The notes below the pieces were generated by a model. It made no database searches. It was not told where the DNA came from and worked only from the letters and a program-made list of their open reading frames with translations. Positions 15,265 to 28,779 of a DNA stretch of 64,000 nt are shown here, piece after piece; the stretch's first letter is position 1, and each line of letters starts with the position of its first letter. The DNA comes from Octopus vulgaris (Eukaryota). The translations under genes and the position numbers were made by a program. Location of the stretch: positions 115,878,001-115,942,000 of the forward strand of contig OX597816.1 in the NCBI GenBank assembly GCA_951406725.2, written 5' to 3'.

Positions 15265-15271
15265 CATACAT

Positions 15272-15354
<83 letters not shown>

Positions 15355-15356
15355 TA

Positions 15357-15453
<97 letters not shown>

Positions 15454-16249
15454 GTATATAGATTCATATTTATAGATAGATAGATATATAGATGGTCATC
15501 AGTAGAGTTGATCTCCGTCACACACCAGAAATTTCTTTCTTTCATACTAATTTCAGAGTTAGATGAGTGCTTTTGAAGTTTAGCTTACAAGCGTGCCATA
15601 AAAAAAGTTTCGTCGTACCGTGTTTACGCGCTTCTCACAGATTTGGAACGGTGCCGTTTAGCATACATTAATAGCTTAGACTGGTTGGTAAAGTTTCACT
15701 CACCCATATTTTTCCTTCTTTTTACCAGTGATTTCTGTACACAGGCCTATGCAGGGGATGCATTATTTATCTTTTCCTTGTCCCCTCTGTGTCTCACTTC
15801 TTTTTACCATTCCTCATTAAACAGTTTGCACAATCACAGGTTTCTAGTGCAGTATGTTTCTTGCATTCCTTCTGTTCAAGTTTTGCAACGGATAACGACC
15901 ACCTGCAACTCAAACAGAATATTAGCTGCCTAGATAGCGCCAAGTCAGGACTTGAAATCTCCTGAGAAGTGACCTTCGTTCTCTGATTAATAAATATTTT
16001 TATGAAGTCACTCAAGTGTGAACTAATACAAGCACTTATTTCTCATTTTCATATTTTTTCAAGGGATTCATTGCTTCGGAAGAATTTTTTTCATATTGTC
16101 ACATGTTAATGGAGTTCTATTCCCAAACACCAACAGAAAAATGTCAGAGTGGATATGGTACTGAATTACCAAATCAAAGATGTTGTGTTTAATCAACTGT
16201 AATATATTTGTTGCGTATTTTGTCAGTGGGCTTACTTCTACATCCTATT

Positions 16250-17405
16250 CCTAGGCACAAGGTTCGAAAATTTCGGGGAGGAAGCCAGTCGATTAGATCA
16301 ACCTCAGTACGCAAATAGTATTTATTCATCGACCCCAAAAGGATGAAAGGCAAAGTCGACTTCGGCGGAATTTGAACTCAGAACGTAAAGACAGACGAAA
16401 TACCTATTTCTTTACTACCCACAAGGGGCTACACACAGAGGGGACAAACAAGGACAGACAGACGGATTAAGTCGATTATATCGACCTCAGTGCGTAAATG
16501 GTACTTATTTAATCGACCCCGAAAGAATGAAAGGCAAAGTCGACCTCGGCGGAATTTGAATTCAGAACGTAACGGCAGACGAAATACTGCTAAGCATTTC
16601 GCCTGGCGTGCGGTATTTCGTCTGTCTTTACGTTGAGTTCAAATTCCGCCGAGGTCGACTTTGCCTTTCATTCTTTCGGGTCGATGAATTAAGTACCAGT
16701 TGCGTATTGTATCGATCTAATCGACTGCCCCCTCCACAAACATATCAGGCCTTGTGCCTAGAGTAGAAAAGAGATTGGTGTAAATATTATTTTGTACTGT
16801 AGACACAAGGCCTGAAATTTTGACCCCAGTACGCAACTGGTACTTAATTTATTGACCCAGAAAGGATGAAAGGCAAAGTCAACCTCGACGGAATTTGAGC
16901 TCAGAACGTAAAAACAGACGAAATACCACTAAGCACTTCACCCAGCATGTCAACGTTTCTTATTTTTGCTCTAGGCACAAGGCCCAAAATTTTTGGGGAA
17001 GGGGCCAGTCGATTAGATTGACTCCAGTACGCAACTGGTACTTAATTTATCGATCCTGAAAAGATGAAAGGCAAAGTCGATATTGGCGGAATTTGAACTC
17101 AGGACGTAAAGACAGACAAAATACCTATTTCTTTACTACGCTCAAGGGGCTAAACATAGAGGGGACAAACAAGTACAGACAAACGGATTAAGTCGATTAC
17201 ATCGACCCCAGTGCGTCCCAGGTACTTAATTTATCGACCCTGAAAGGATGAAAGGTAAAGTCGACCTCGGCGGAATTTGAACTCAGAACGTAACGGTAGA
17301 CGAAATACCGCTAAGCATTTCGCCCGGCCAGCAAACGATTCTGCTACCTCGCTGCCCGCTAAGTATTTTGCCCGCCGTGCTAATGTTTGTGACAGCTCGC
17401 TGCCT
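16250..17405. mobile_element. Cluster of family A SINEs: dimer (-) 16250-16610, inverted copy (+) 16611-16770, partial copy (-) 16800-16960, dimer with duplicated head (-) 16970-17405
   Basis: Repeated gaaaggatgaaaggcaaagtcgacctcggcggaatttgaactcagaacg and its reverse complement; B-box gagttcaaattcc. Confidence 0.92.
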
Positions 17406-18521
17406 TAAGACTGGTGTAAATATTAAACGAAAACTGTTATATGTCCGATATTATAGGCGTGCTTGTAATGCTTAATGTGAGGTTCGAATGAAATTAACAA
17501 AATGAAAGCTGGATAGATAGATTGAAATTACCTATTATCCTCATTTATCAATATTGGTTGTATGGAAGTTAGAATCGTCCACGGAGGGGTTTGAAAATCG
17601 GAAATACTGAAATAGGAGCAAAATATCTCACAGCACCCAATTCAGGTCCTTTTTACACTGAAAATGCTACAAAGAATTCCAAGTATAATAACACAAAATC
17701 AGTGGTCAATTTAGAAGTCATGTGAAATACGGTATTGCTTTAGTTGTGATGTATATTATTAGTATCTCCATGCATTCGTTTTACTCTTGAATTATGGTTC
17801 CAAAAAGAATATGTATCTTTTGTCTGCTGAATGGACGTTTACACGTAGAATAGACGTTAATTAAGAGAACTTCGACTATTTATCAATTGTATTCTTCCTT
17901 AAGCCATATATACACTCCTACCTAATTTGAGGCTGTGTATACTTACCTAATACCACGTAGCATAATATAGCGGCTACTTACACTTAGGCTTCATTCATCT
18001 ACATACATTGTATTAAAATGTTGACGACTGTCATTACAGATGATAAATTACAGAAGTTACATTTTCCCAGACTTGACTATTGTAATCAAACCTTGCTGAA
18101 GTTACGGTATAATCTGACAAAGAGAAATCACAACATATAATAGTGCTATAAAAATTCCTCCTATTTTTTCGATTTGTACGTGTTTCATATATTTATATCT
18201 ATAAAAGTATGTCTGAAATTATACGAATAACACATGTAAATACTTACACATACAATTAAATATACATTACTCTCTGTAGTTTGAAACATTGTAAAAATAC
18301 GGCAATATATAGTAATATACACAAATACACACATGCAGAAAATAGACACACTCACACACGCGTACACGCGCGCATACACTGTTTCAGTTCACTAGGACTT
18401 CGTATTTCACCTACCAGTTTATTCGATACAACTAGATGGATAAGGTTATAAGACCTAACCTTAACTTCAACTTTACTATGATTTGGACTTTACTCTTGGT
18501 TTGAAGGTCATCCCATTATAT

Positions 18522-18582
<61 letters not shown>

Positions 18583-18592
<10 letters not shown>

Positions 18593-18839
18593 TAAATTAG
18601 AGATAAAACCACTATTAGGCAAATCATACAATGAAAAACTCAAGCCAATACATAAGATTAATTAATTTATATTATTTTAAATATATATCAAAATTATTTT
18701 TAAAATAATTATCTTTTTTAAATAATTTTGATATATATTTAAAATAATATAAATGAATTATTAATCTTATGTATTGGCTTGTGTTTTTCATTGTATGATT
18801 TGCCTAATAGTGGTTTTATCTCTAATTTAATATAATATA
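18583..18839. repeat. Long AT-rich inverted repeat (arms about 117-120 bp, 20-bp spacer) within (TA)n
   Basis: 18583-18699 is the reverse complement of 18720-18839 apart from about one substitution and a small indel region. Confidence 0.95.
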
Positions 18840-19571
18840 ATATTTTACTATAAAATTGGATTCAATCCTAAATCTGATTTTTCCTTGTAAGTTTGGATTT
18901 ATTCCCTAATATTTTATTATATATATTTATATATATATATATATTTACACACGCATATGTATTTATATACATGTACATGTATATGTACATGCAGGCACGT
19001 ACACTAACAAAGAGGAAAGTACTAAATAAATTTAGCACAGTTAATAATCACATTAGTAATTATTAAAATAGAGATTTGAATTATTAAAATTCCGCGTCAC
19101 CCCTTCTCCGTTTATCCAAAAGCGATGTCACCAAACTCGGAACAAAATCATACATACAAACAAACATACATACATACATACATACATACATGCATACAAG
19201 CATGCATGCATGCATAGATACATACATACATACATACATACATACATACATACATACATACATACATACATACATACGTACGTACGTACGTACAAAAGTA
19301 AACAAACCACCGCTCCCGCTATCGCTAAATTCGAGTCTCAAAAGTTAGCTGACCTAGTAACGAAGACTGCGGAATACATCCAAGTGAAAAACATTTCAAA
19401 ATTACAATTCTCAAAAAATGTTGCTACTTTCTCGAAGCTTTCGTTGAGCAACAGACTATTCACAACACGAGTGAGAAAAAAATCCGACCGATCTAATGTT
19501 TAAGGTAATCAAAGATGTTGCTATGCGTTTGCAATCCAGGAACAGGATTGTCGTAACACGTGGGTTGTTAA

Positions 19572-19618
<47 letters not shown>

Positions 19619-20264
19619 GAAATCTCTTGTTCGACAAGTCTGACCCTGGTGTAAATAACAAGGACACAATAATTAATGTGTTAGACAGGAACGATCTGGG
19701 ATTAAACAAGACTAACAACGTCATCTGTATAAACAAATTAATGATACCAATTATTGAACGACTCCCAGTGTCCACCAAAGCTATGCCACCAACGTTTATC
19801 CTGGTTTCTTACTTTGTTACATGGTCTTACGTTTAAAGGAAATGGGCTATTTGAGTGAATGCTGTTAACGCTTTCCTAAAATGTATATGCTATTCAGATG
19901 AAGAGAAATATCAACTACAGGGATTGAAATAAAGCAGCCAGTGTGAGTCCTCAGAGACTTCTTTTTCTACCGTAATAACGATTATCATTACTAAGAAAAA
20001 TATGAACACACCCTCTCTATTCTATCATCAGAGAAACGGCCGCCACTAACACCAACATCCGCACACACATTTACTCCTGTCTCCACAATAATTACCGATA
20101 ACGTCAATACTACCACATTATCTTCAGTGTCTCTACAACTACTAACACCAAAAACCCATACTGCCCTCATTGATGCAACCACCAGTGAAACTATCACACC
20201 ACACAACCTACATTTTACACTACTTCAAGACCATCACCATAAGGCAACATTATTTTTTCTGGTA

Positions 20265-20451
<187 letters not shown>

Positions 20452-21707
20452 ACCAATTTCACTGACATTTCCACCACTGCGTCTTCCAAACCCACTACGT
20501 TATCTTCAGAGAGTCTGTTAGTGCTATATATCAACGCCATACTATCTTCACTGATATTCACATCATAAATGTCACAGCCACACTGTCTTCACTAAAACTA
20601 GTACTACCATAACATTACGTTCAGTGACACTACTACCAACAACATACATATACGCTGGTTTCACTGATATCAACACCATAAATATCAGCATCATCACTAC
20701 CACACTATCTTCACTGACACTACCCCTTCAACACCCTACTACTATTAATATTACCACTATTACACTACCTTCAATAACACTACTCGCACTGAATGTAATT
20801 ACCACCACTGACATTGCTACCCTGCTACCTCCACTAACAGTAATACCACAAACATCACAATTTTCAATATCTTCTCCGACACCTCTGTAATTACCACCAC
20901 TGAAACTAATTTCATTAACAATACCCACATACATTTCACCTATATTTCCACCACCATTTCAACTGCCCGCAACCTAATCCTGTACGTTCCTGTTCCTTTC
21001 TTTCCGCTGCGTCTGGCATAACACATAAATTAGAGGTAAATTATCTTTCTTTCGCAACCAATGTAGGAAAGAATCATTCAATCAAGTCTTAAATACAGAG
21101 TCTTAAATATAAACTTTTCATTACCTCTTCTTTCCCCCCACTCATGTGGAGACGAGAACGGATACTAAACCGTTGCCAATCTACATCCAAATCTATTGGG
21201 ATTTGGCAGTGAAGTATTAGATTTCGCCGAGGTACCACAGAGCTGCTTGCCTCAGTGGGTGTGTCATGTATAATGATCACATACTATGATCAAATTGTGC
21301 TAAACAAGATTGGGTTTTCATTGACAAGTAACTTATGTGTCTTACAATACATGTCTAGATTCAGGACTCTGACAAGGCTGAATTAGCCTCTCACTTTTCT
21401 TTCAGTAATTTGTGGCAATAAAGCAAAAGCAAATAACAAAATGGTGGAAAAAATAAAATACAGCCAACAGATGTAGATTGGCCTTGGGATAAGAACATAT
21501 GGATGCGTTTGTTGTGCTCAATTGTTTTGTATGTTCTAGAACGAGGATAATAGTGTATTCAGATACATAGTATGTGATGAGGTAGCAGAAATGACTTGTA
21601 GATTTTAGCTTCATTCCAATGCATTCTGCATGCATAATTCTGTAGTAAACAAGTTCACAGTAAGGCTTATAAGATGATCGAATCCATGGCAGTATTTAAG
21701 CAATATA

Positions 21708-22997
21708 CGAGGGGCGTTCAATAAGTAATGTCCCTGACCCACTTCCCATAGCAGTAGAGCAACGAAACTTGGCACAGTTATTAGTCTTTTTTTACATAGG
21801 AACCATCCAGAGTTACGCATTTCTCCCATTGTTTGATGCAGCTCTGGAGACCGTTTTTGTAGAAGACCCCAGCTTGGTCCTCCAACCTGAACGTGACTTC
21901 AGAAATCAAGGCTGCATCATCTGGGAAACGCTTTCCTTTCAAAAACAACTTCATGACTGGGAAGAGGTGAAAATCAGAGGGTGCAAGGTCAGGAAAGTAG
22001 GGGGATGGGGGAGGAGTTCATAGCCATACGCCTGTGCTTCTGATCTGGCGACAAGCGAGTTGTGGACCGGAGCGTTGTCCTGCAGGAGGAGGATGTCTTT
22101 GCTGATCTTGCCCCGCCTCTTAATTTTGATAACTTCTCTTAATTTCCTCAAAAGTGAAGCATAATAGGCTCCTGCAATTGTGGTACCCTTTGCCAGGAAA
22201 TCTGTCATCACTACTCCGTCCTGGTCCCAGAAGACTGTGAGCATGACCTTGCCAGCGGAGGGCTGCACCCTTGCCTTCTTTGGAGGGGGTGAGTCACGGT
22301 GCTTCCACTGCATTGACTGGGCTTTGGTCTCTGGATCATCGTGATGGACCCAGGTTTCATCCTGTGTAATCAGTCTTTTGAAAAATTTTGACTCATCTTC
22401 TTGGCACATCTCCAAATTCACCCTCGAGCACTCGACGCGTTCTTGCTTCTGGAAAGGTGTGAGCAACCTGGGAATCCATCTGGCAGACACCTTTTGCATA
22501 TGCAAATGGTCATGAATGATAGTTTCCACAGACCCGGTACTAATCTTGGCCTCATGGGCTATTTGGCGAATAATTATGCGTCGATCTTCCAAAATGGCAG
22601 CCTCAACTTGATGGACAGATGCCTCATCAATGGCAGAAGGGGCGACCAGATCTGGGAGCTGTTTCCACAGAGTTCCGACCATGTTTGAATTCACGATGCC
22701 AGCGTTTTACAAGGTCATATGATGGGGCATCATCACCATAAGTTACTTTCATTTCATCAAAAGTCTCCCGTGGTGTGCGTCCTTTCAAATACAAGAATCG
22801 GATCACTGCTCGACACTCAACAGGCTCCATTTCACACTTGACTCGGTTCAAACACCTGTAAATCAGAAACCACAGTTAATTCAGAGCTGTAATTTGCCAC
22901 TTACTCTATAGAGATATAAATGATTGCACATGCAAAATATCAGCTAGATCTAACAATTGCAAGTGGGTCAGAGGCATTACTTATTGAACGTCCTTCG
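21708..22997 (-). mobile_element. Full-length mariner (DD34D-type) transposon of 1290 bp; transposase broken by frameshifts
   Basis: About 37-bp TIRs (cgaggggcgttcaataagtaatgtccctgacccactt / aagtgggtcagaggcattacttattgaacgtccttcg) with TA on both sides. Protein pieces: MEPVECRAVIRFL..RSGRP, WIPRLL, TQDETWVH, LLQDNAPVH and PHPP.. across ORFs 22627-22851 and 21951-22694. Confidence 0.96.
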
Positions 22998-23668
22998 TAC
23001 GTGCATGTGTCTATGAGTGTATGCGCGTATTTGCATGTGCATTTGTGTTCGCATGTGTGTGCGTAAGTGTTTCTAAGTGTATTTGCATATGTAGGTTTTC
23101 ATGCGTATGCGTATGTGTATGTGTTTGTGTATGATGTGTTTGTGTATGATGTGTTTGTGTGTACAGACACATGATCCGTAGCCAGGCTCTCATTCATCGA
23201 GGTCTGCATACAGAGTTTCAAGATTAAGCATAATCAACGGTACACATAAATGGAGGGAAATGAGCGTTATCGGTCCTTTAGTGAGTTATATAGAATATTC
23301 CTTTCAGTATTACGTATGGCTGTTATGGTTGCTCCATACATCACTACTGTACAGAGACACGAACTTACAAGCAAGATTTCAGCAGCTGCAAGTTTGTTGT
23401 TTAAGTAGGAGCTATCTAGGCTATGGTACGAAATCTGGGGGGTAATGTTATTCAGTGAATTGTAACTGACTTTATCATTATATGAGTGTTGAAAGATTTG
23501 TGATATTTATGCATAGTTACGAAATATGAGATATGAACAAAAGATATAACGTTCCTGGTTATATTGTTGACTACATTTATGCTACATCGAATATATACTC
23601 TCTTGTCCTCATTCTCATAAATGCGGATGTATATGTGTGTGTGTGTGTGTGTGTGTTGTATACATACA

Positions 23669-23704
<36 letters not shown>

Positions 23705-24657
23705 GCATGTATGTATGTATGTATGTATGTATGTATGTATGTATGTATGTGTATGTATGTATAAGTATGTATGTATGTGTTTGTATGTGAGTGTATGGCT
23801 GTGTGTCTGTGAATCTGTGTATGTATACCCATGTATGCACACATGTTATTTACGGTAAGATGAAATATCACAGACTTCTGTTTACACTTATGTTTCACAC
23901 TTATTTGACTACCTACCTTCTTATTCAAGCAATCTCAACCAAGATGAGTTTCACGATGAATGTTGTGCCAGGAAACTAACTCTGTCATCCATTAGCTTTG
24001 GCAGATAACCGATTTTTTTTAGCTATGAGATTTTGATAAAGTAACTTAGTTTCTAGAATGATATTGTAGGATTGGTGTAAGAAGCCTGATCTGGCCTGAC
24101 CTACAGTAAAACAAGTAGAACGTTTTGGCCAGCTTAAACAGAACATAACGTTCAGTTACTGTTGTTTTATCGTTTTCCTGGCTATCGTTTTCATGAAATA
24201 CTGCTCTTTCAACGCCTAAAGAATGCAGGACATCTGAGCTGACCAGGTTGAGCTACAGGTTGACTGACTAGCCTCGTTGTGTTGAACATATTCTGGTTTC
24301 TTTTGAAAAGACAAAAAAGTTTTAGGTTACGAATGAGAAAAGTTGAGTTGTAATACACAAAGATTTTCTCGCAAGAGCAGCAGACCACAAGTTCTGCTGA
24401 ATGAAAGTTTAGCCCTATATCTTGATACCATGAGCAATGTATTAAATTAAACTGCAGGCAAATTAATTACACTTTGTATGCTAGGATTTTCAAACTTATG
24501 TGTGACTAATCCAGAATATTGTCAAGGTGAAGCAAACAAGGATACAAAAATTGTAGCTTCACTGTAAACAGCAAAAAATTTCAAAGGGGAAACATACAGT
24601 GTTAGGGGTAAAGAAAAATAAAAGACTGAGTTAAAAACAAAATGACACAAGAATGCA

Positions 24658-24723
<66 letters not shown>

Positions 24724-24728
<5 letters not shown>

Positions 24729-26871
24729 TAATAGTATAGTAATATACGCTTATTACTATGCATTAGGTAAGCCATCTCAAGAGAGACACACCGCAAACTC
24801 TTACAGTACATGGAGAACACGGAATCAAGACAGTAGGCCCTATTTGGACGAGAACAAATTAGCAAATGTGAGGAGGGATATCCTTAGAAATAACAGACTG
24901 ACAGACAGTGAAATAAGCGCGATCAAGCACGCAACGGAAAATGACAAATATAAGACACAAAGGAAATGAAGAATCAGATGAACAGTATAGCCCGCAACGA
25001 GGCTTAATTGAAAGACTGCCATCTGACCAAAGTACGCAAAGGCCTGAAGATAAAATAAATTCTATTGTACCTGTTAAAGATAGCCAGGAAAACGATAAAA
25101 CAACAGTAACTGAAGATCTCGCATTTGCTGAAGAACACAGAGAGTCTATGGCAGAAATGAGGCAGAAAATCCTGAATACGTTTGAAGTTGTAAGACATAC
25201 AAGTATGAATGATAGAGAACCACTTCATAAACTCTCAAATACAAACCAAAATAAAAAACAAATCCAAATTGGCAATTATGTAACAAATGAAATAATACAA
25301 GAATTAAAACCTGATTTTACTGAGTTAAATGAAATTATTTACGCTTCTGCTAGGACAATTGAAATAGGGAAGAAAGATGAAGAGAAAATTTGGATCCTCA
25401 CAAAGAGAAGAACTGATATCAATAAAAGAAACGCTGAAACAAAAAGTCTAAGCAAAAGCCCAAAGAATACGAAGATTTGAGAAGAGAAACAAGTTTTACA
25501 AGCAAAATAAGCTGTTCACATCCAATGCCAAAAAATTCTACAGAGGAATAGGGAAGGAGAAAGTAACCGTTAAAGACCCCCCTCCCATGGAAGAAGTTCA
25601 AAACTTTTGGAAAAGGATTTGGAGTGACAAGAAGACGTACAACATAAATGCAGACTGGATTATACAAACTGAAGAATCCTACCAAAATTTACAACAACAA
25701 GCATGGGAAGACATCACAATAGCAGACCTATTCAGCATGCAAGCATGAAAGAGAAGATCAGGTAGGAATGTTATAGGAGAGTTCGTGCAGTCCTGAAATC
25801 TGAACTAAATGCACGTAACAAGGTGTTAGCTATAAATTCCTTAGCAGTTCCAGTTGTTACTTATAGCTACAATGTGTTGAACTGGAATATGAGTGAAGTA
25901 AAGAATATAGATAGGAAAATACGCAAGCTGCTGAGTTGTAATAGGATGCACCACCCAAAGGCAGACGTAGATCGCCTTTACCTTCCCAGAGCCCAAGGAG
26001 CTGATGTTGACCAGAAGCAAACCCATCAGTGGCTATGGAGCTCAGGGCTAAAAGCAGAGAGCGAAGGTTTCATCCTGGCTGCTCAAGATCAAAGCCTATT
26101 AACCCGGAACTACCAGGCCAATGTGATGAAAAATGGAGCAGACCCAAAATGCCGATTCTGCAACGACTTGATTGAAACAGTGGACCACCTAATCTCTGGA
26201 TGTAAAGTCTTAGCACCAGTGGAGTATAAATTAAGACATGACAGAGTTGGCCAATATCTACACTGGCTAATAAGTCGGCATTACAATATCAAAACTGCCG
26301 ACAAGTGGTATAATCACCACCCTGAGGCTGTAACTGAAGGAGAAAATGTAACCATTCTGTGGGACTTTCCAGTACATACAGACTGAACCATCAAGGCCAA
26401 TAAACCAGATATTGTTGTGAAAGACCAAAACAATAAAGTTTGCTTATTGATCGACATGAGCATTCCCTGTGATCATAATATCTCAGCGAAAGAGTTTGAC
26501 AAGCTCAGAAAATATAAAGACCTACTCATTGAAATTGAGAAAATGTGGCATCTCAAGGCGGTTACAATACCAGTGATCGTAGGAACACTAGGAATGATCA
26601 AGAAGGGAACCGAAAATTATATGAGAATGATCCCTGGCTTACCATCGCTGCAAGAAGTGCAAAAGATTGTCTTAACTGGTACATCACACGTATTGAGAAA
26701 AGCATTGTCGATGTGAGAACTGTTGCTGCTCATGTATTTTAATTTAACTTAAAAAAAAAATGAACGAACTATTGAGTTTGGTTTAATGGCCTACCTATGA
26801 GTTTCTTTGCCCTAGGAGTCAGGAAAACACTCGGCAAGAAATGGAAGCAAATTTGAAATAAGAAAAAAAAA

Positions 26872-26872
<1 letters not shown>
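24724..26872 (+). mobile_element. R4/Dong-clade non-LTR retrotransposon (REL endonuclease), internally deleted, between (TAA)n arrays
   Basis: N-terminal WRTRN..LDENKLANVRRDI; thumb region KSELNARNKVLAINSLAVPVVTYS; zinc knuckle CRFC..ETVDHLISGC; RHD; REL motif KPDIV..IDMSIP..K..KY. There is a TGA at 26384-26386. (AAT)n lies at 24660-24725 and 26873-26934, and the RT core is absent. Confidence 0.93.
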
Positions 26873-26935
<63 letters not shown>

Positions 26936-26937
<2 letters not shown>

Positions 26938-27390
26938 GCCCTGATGCAGTACCAGGCAGTGGCTCTCATGGCTTCTGATCTTAACTGATTAGAAGTGTTA
27001 TCATGTACATTGTTTTCTCTTGGTATAAAAGATGGGCTACAGCAAATATTCTGCTCAATACCACAGATTTGCTTGTCAGTTGTTTGACCTTAACCAGTTG
27101 AGCATGTCCCTTAGTGGCTGACGATATGTGCATCTCTGATCACGAGCAGAAGTAGTGGGGGAGCATCATAGCCATGTGTTCAGAGGGATTCTTTGGGATT
27201 TGAATAATTCACCTCTGGAAACTTGGGTGTTTCATTCAAGTTTCTTAAACAACCCTTATTCAGGGATCTTTTGAGCAGGATGGGTTACTCGACCTGAAGA
27301 AAATTCTAAGTGGGCCCCACTTGCAAGGTCATGTTCTGTTTATCTTGATATGAGATCACCATGTCGCGCACATATGGTTGTGATGCATGT
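26936..27390. repeat. Unclassified interspersed repeat starting directly after the (AAT)n array
   Basis: A diverged reverse-complement copy of about 27040-27160 occurs at 49428-49548. Confidence 0.7.
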
Positions 27391-28344
27391 TGGAAAACAG
27401 CAAAACAGGATGTTAATGATGATGGTACTTAGTATATTTTGGTAAGTAACCATACAACAGAAGCTAGAAACATTCGAAAATATCACAGATTTCTTTTATT
27501 TGTCTTTGAAAAACCTTCATCAATGTTTTGAGGAAAATCTCAGAAAGTAAGAACAATATTTCATTTTTGATTTTCGAAAAAGGTATGGCCGTGAAATCAT
27601 GGTGTTGATGTTTTCTTTTTTGTGGCAGTAGATTTTCGGTTGGGACACTCATTGAAGTGTTGTTCTTGAACTCAGCTCCACATTTCATAGTTACAGCCTT
27701 CATTTGAGCATTCTACAGTTATCTTTATTATTATAAAGACAATCCACACAAAATTTGTGCTGACATTTCCCATAGACCTTCCTAAATCTTGGACACAAAC
27801 ATACCATGCAACAGCATCGTCCGTTACACTTCTTGTCTGATAGAGGTTCCATTGTATCGAAGACTATTTCGAAATAAACACCTCAGAGCAACGCAGTGGT
27901 GCGTGCACATAATAATTATAAAACAATATTCCTATGCAAATTATGAAGAGTTGTTTCAATTGACAAAACACTCGACATTATTTAGTTTCATCTCCAGTCA
28001 TGTTTAATCAAATAAGGTTGATCTTGCCAGTCACATTCGCCATAAAATTAACAGTTTAGTAAAGAATCCTTCAAAACAATAAAGCATCAGAAAGACTCAA
28101 GGGTGTTCTAATAGAGGTTCAATCATCAATAGAAAACAAAAGTTAGTAATGGGAGATTAAAGTATCTGTATATATCGAAATGTATATTACCATTCTTAAT
28201 CTAAAGATAACGGTGAGTTAAGTAGTACATCATTACATATAATATGAAGTTAAAAACAAAAAAATGTACAGCAGAAGCTAAAAGAGGCGTTGCCATCTGA
28301 ATAAATACATTATCACGAAAGTAGTCGTGATGTTTGAAGAAATG

Positions 28345-28779
28345 GCAATCCCGCCGGCGACGGGCAGACGGTGAACGCCGAGCTAAGGCATGCACCTTGA
28401 GGTTGAGACGCTTTTGGAAAACAACTTGGGTCCGGCTACGGTTCCGGCTTAGAGGCGTTCAGCCGTTATCGCTCAGAGGAACCGCGGAAACAGAGCAACG
28501 GTTTGCGCGCTCGCTCGATACTACGCTGGACGGGATAGCCGTAGCCGAGTTAACGTTGCCGGCGCCCGCGTAAGGTCGGCGGAAGCGTCGACGGCAGCGA
28601 CGGAGGACGCGCGAGCGCGCCGTCGCCGCCACGCACCACTCGGTTGGTGCATAGCTTACCGCTGTTCGGAAAGGATCGCTGGGCCACGCATTCGCGGTCC
28701 GTTTTCATACTGAAAATCGAGATCGAGCGAGCTTTTAACCTTTTGCTCGACGTGTGCTTTCCATCCACGCTGAGCTCGC
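28345..28779. pseudogene. GC-rich mosaic of 28S rRNA fragments in both orientations (non-functional rDNA-derived insertion)
   Basis: 28671-28779 (-) reads GAGCTCAG..GAGCAAAAGGTTAAAAGCTCGCTCGATCTCGATTTTCAGTATGAA..GATCCTTT (LSU domain V). 28440-28476 (-) contains CTGAACGCCTCTAAG (domain VI). 28475-28520 (+) starts AGAGGAACCGC (3' half of the sarcin-ricin loop). Confidence 0.88.

Noticed and set aside
16250-17405. CRISPR-like or tRNA-gene-like repeated units
   Set aside because: The repeats are long, irregular and in both orientations. They are SINEs with tRNA-like heads but no full cloverleaf, and there are no unique spacers or cas genes.
28334-28768. Arg/Pro-rich ORFs and a possible CpG-island promoter
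   Set aside because: Explained by GC-rich 28S rRNA-derived sequence.
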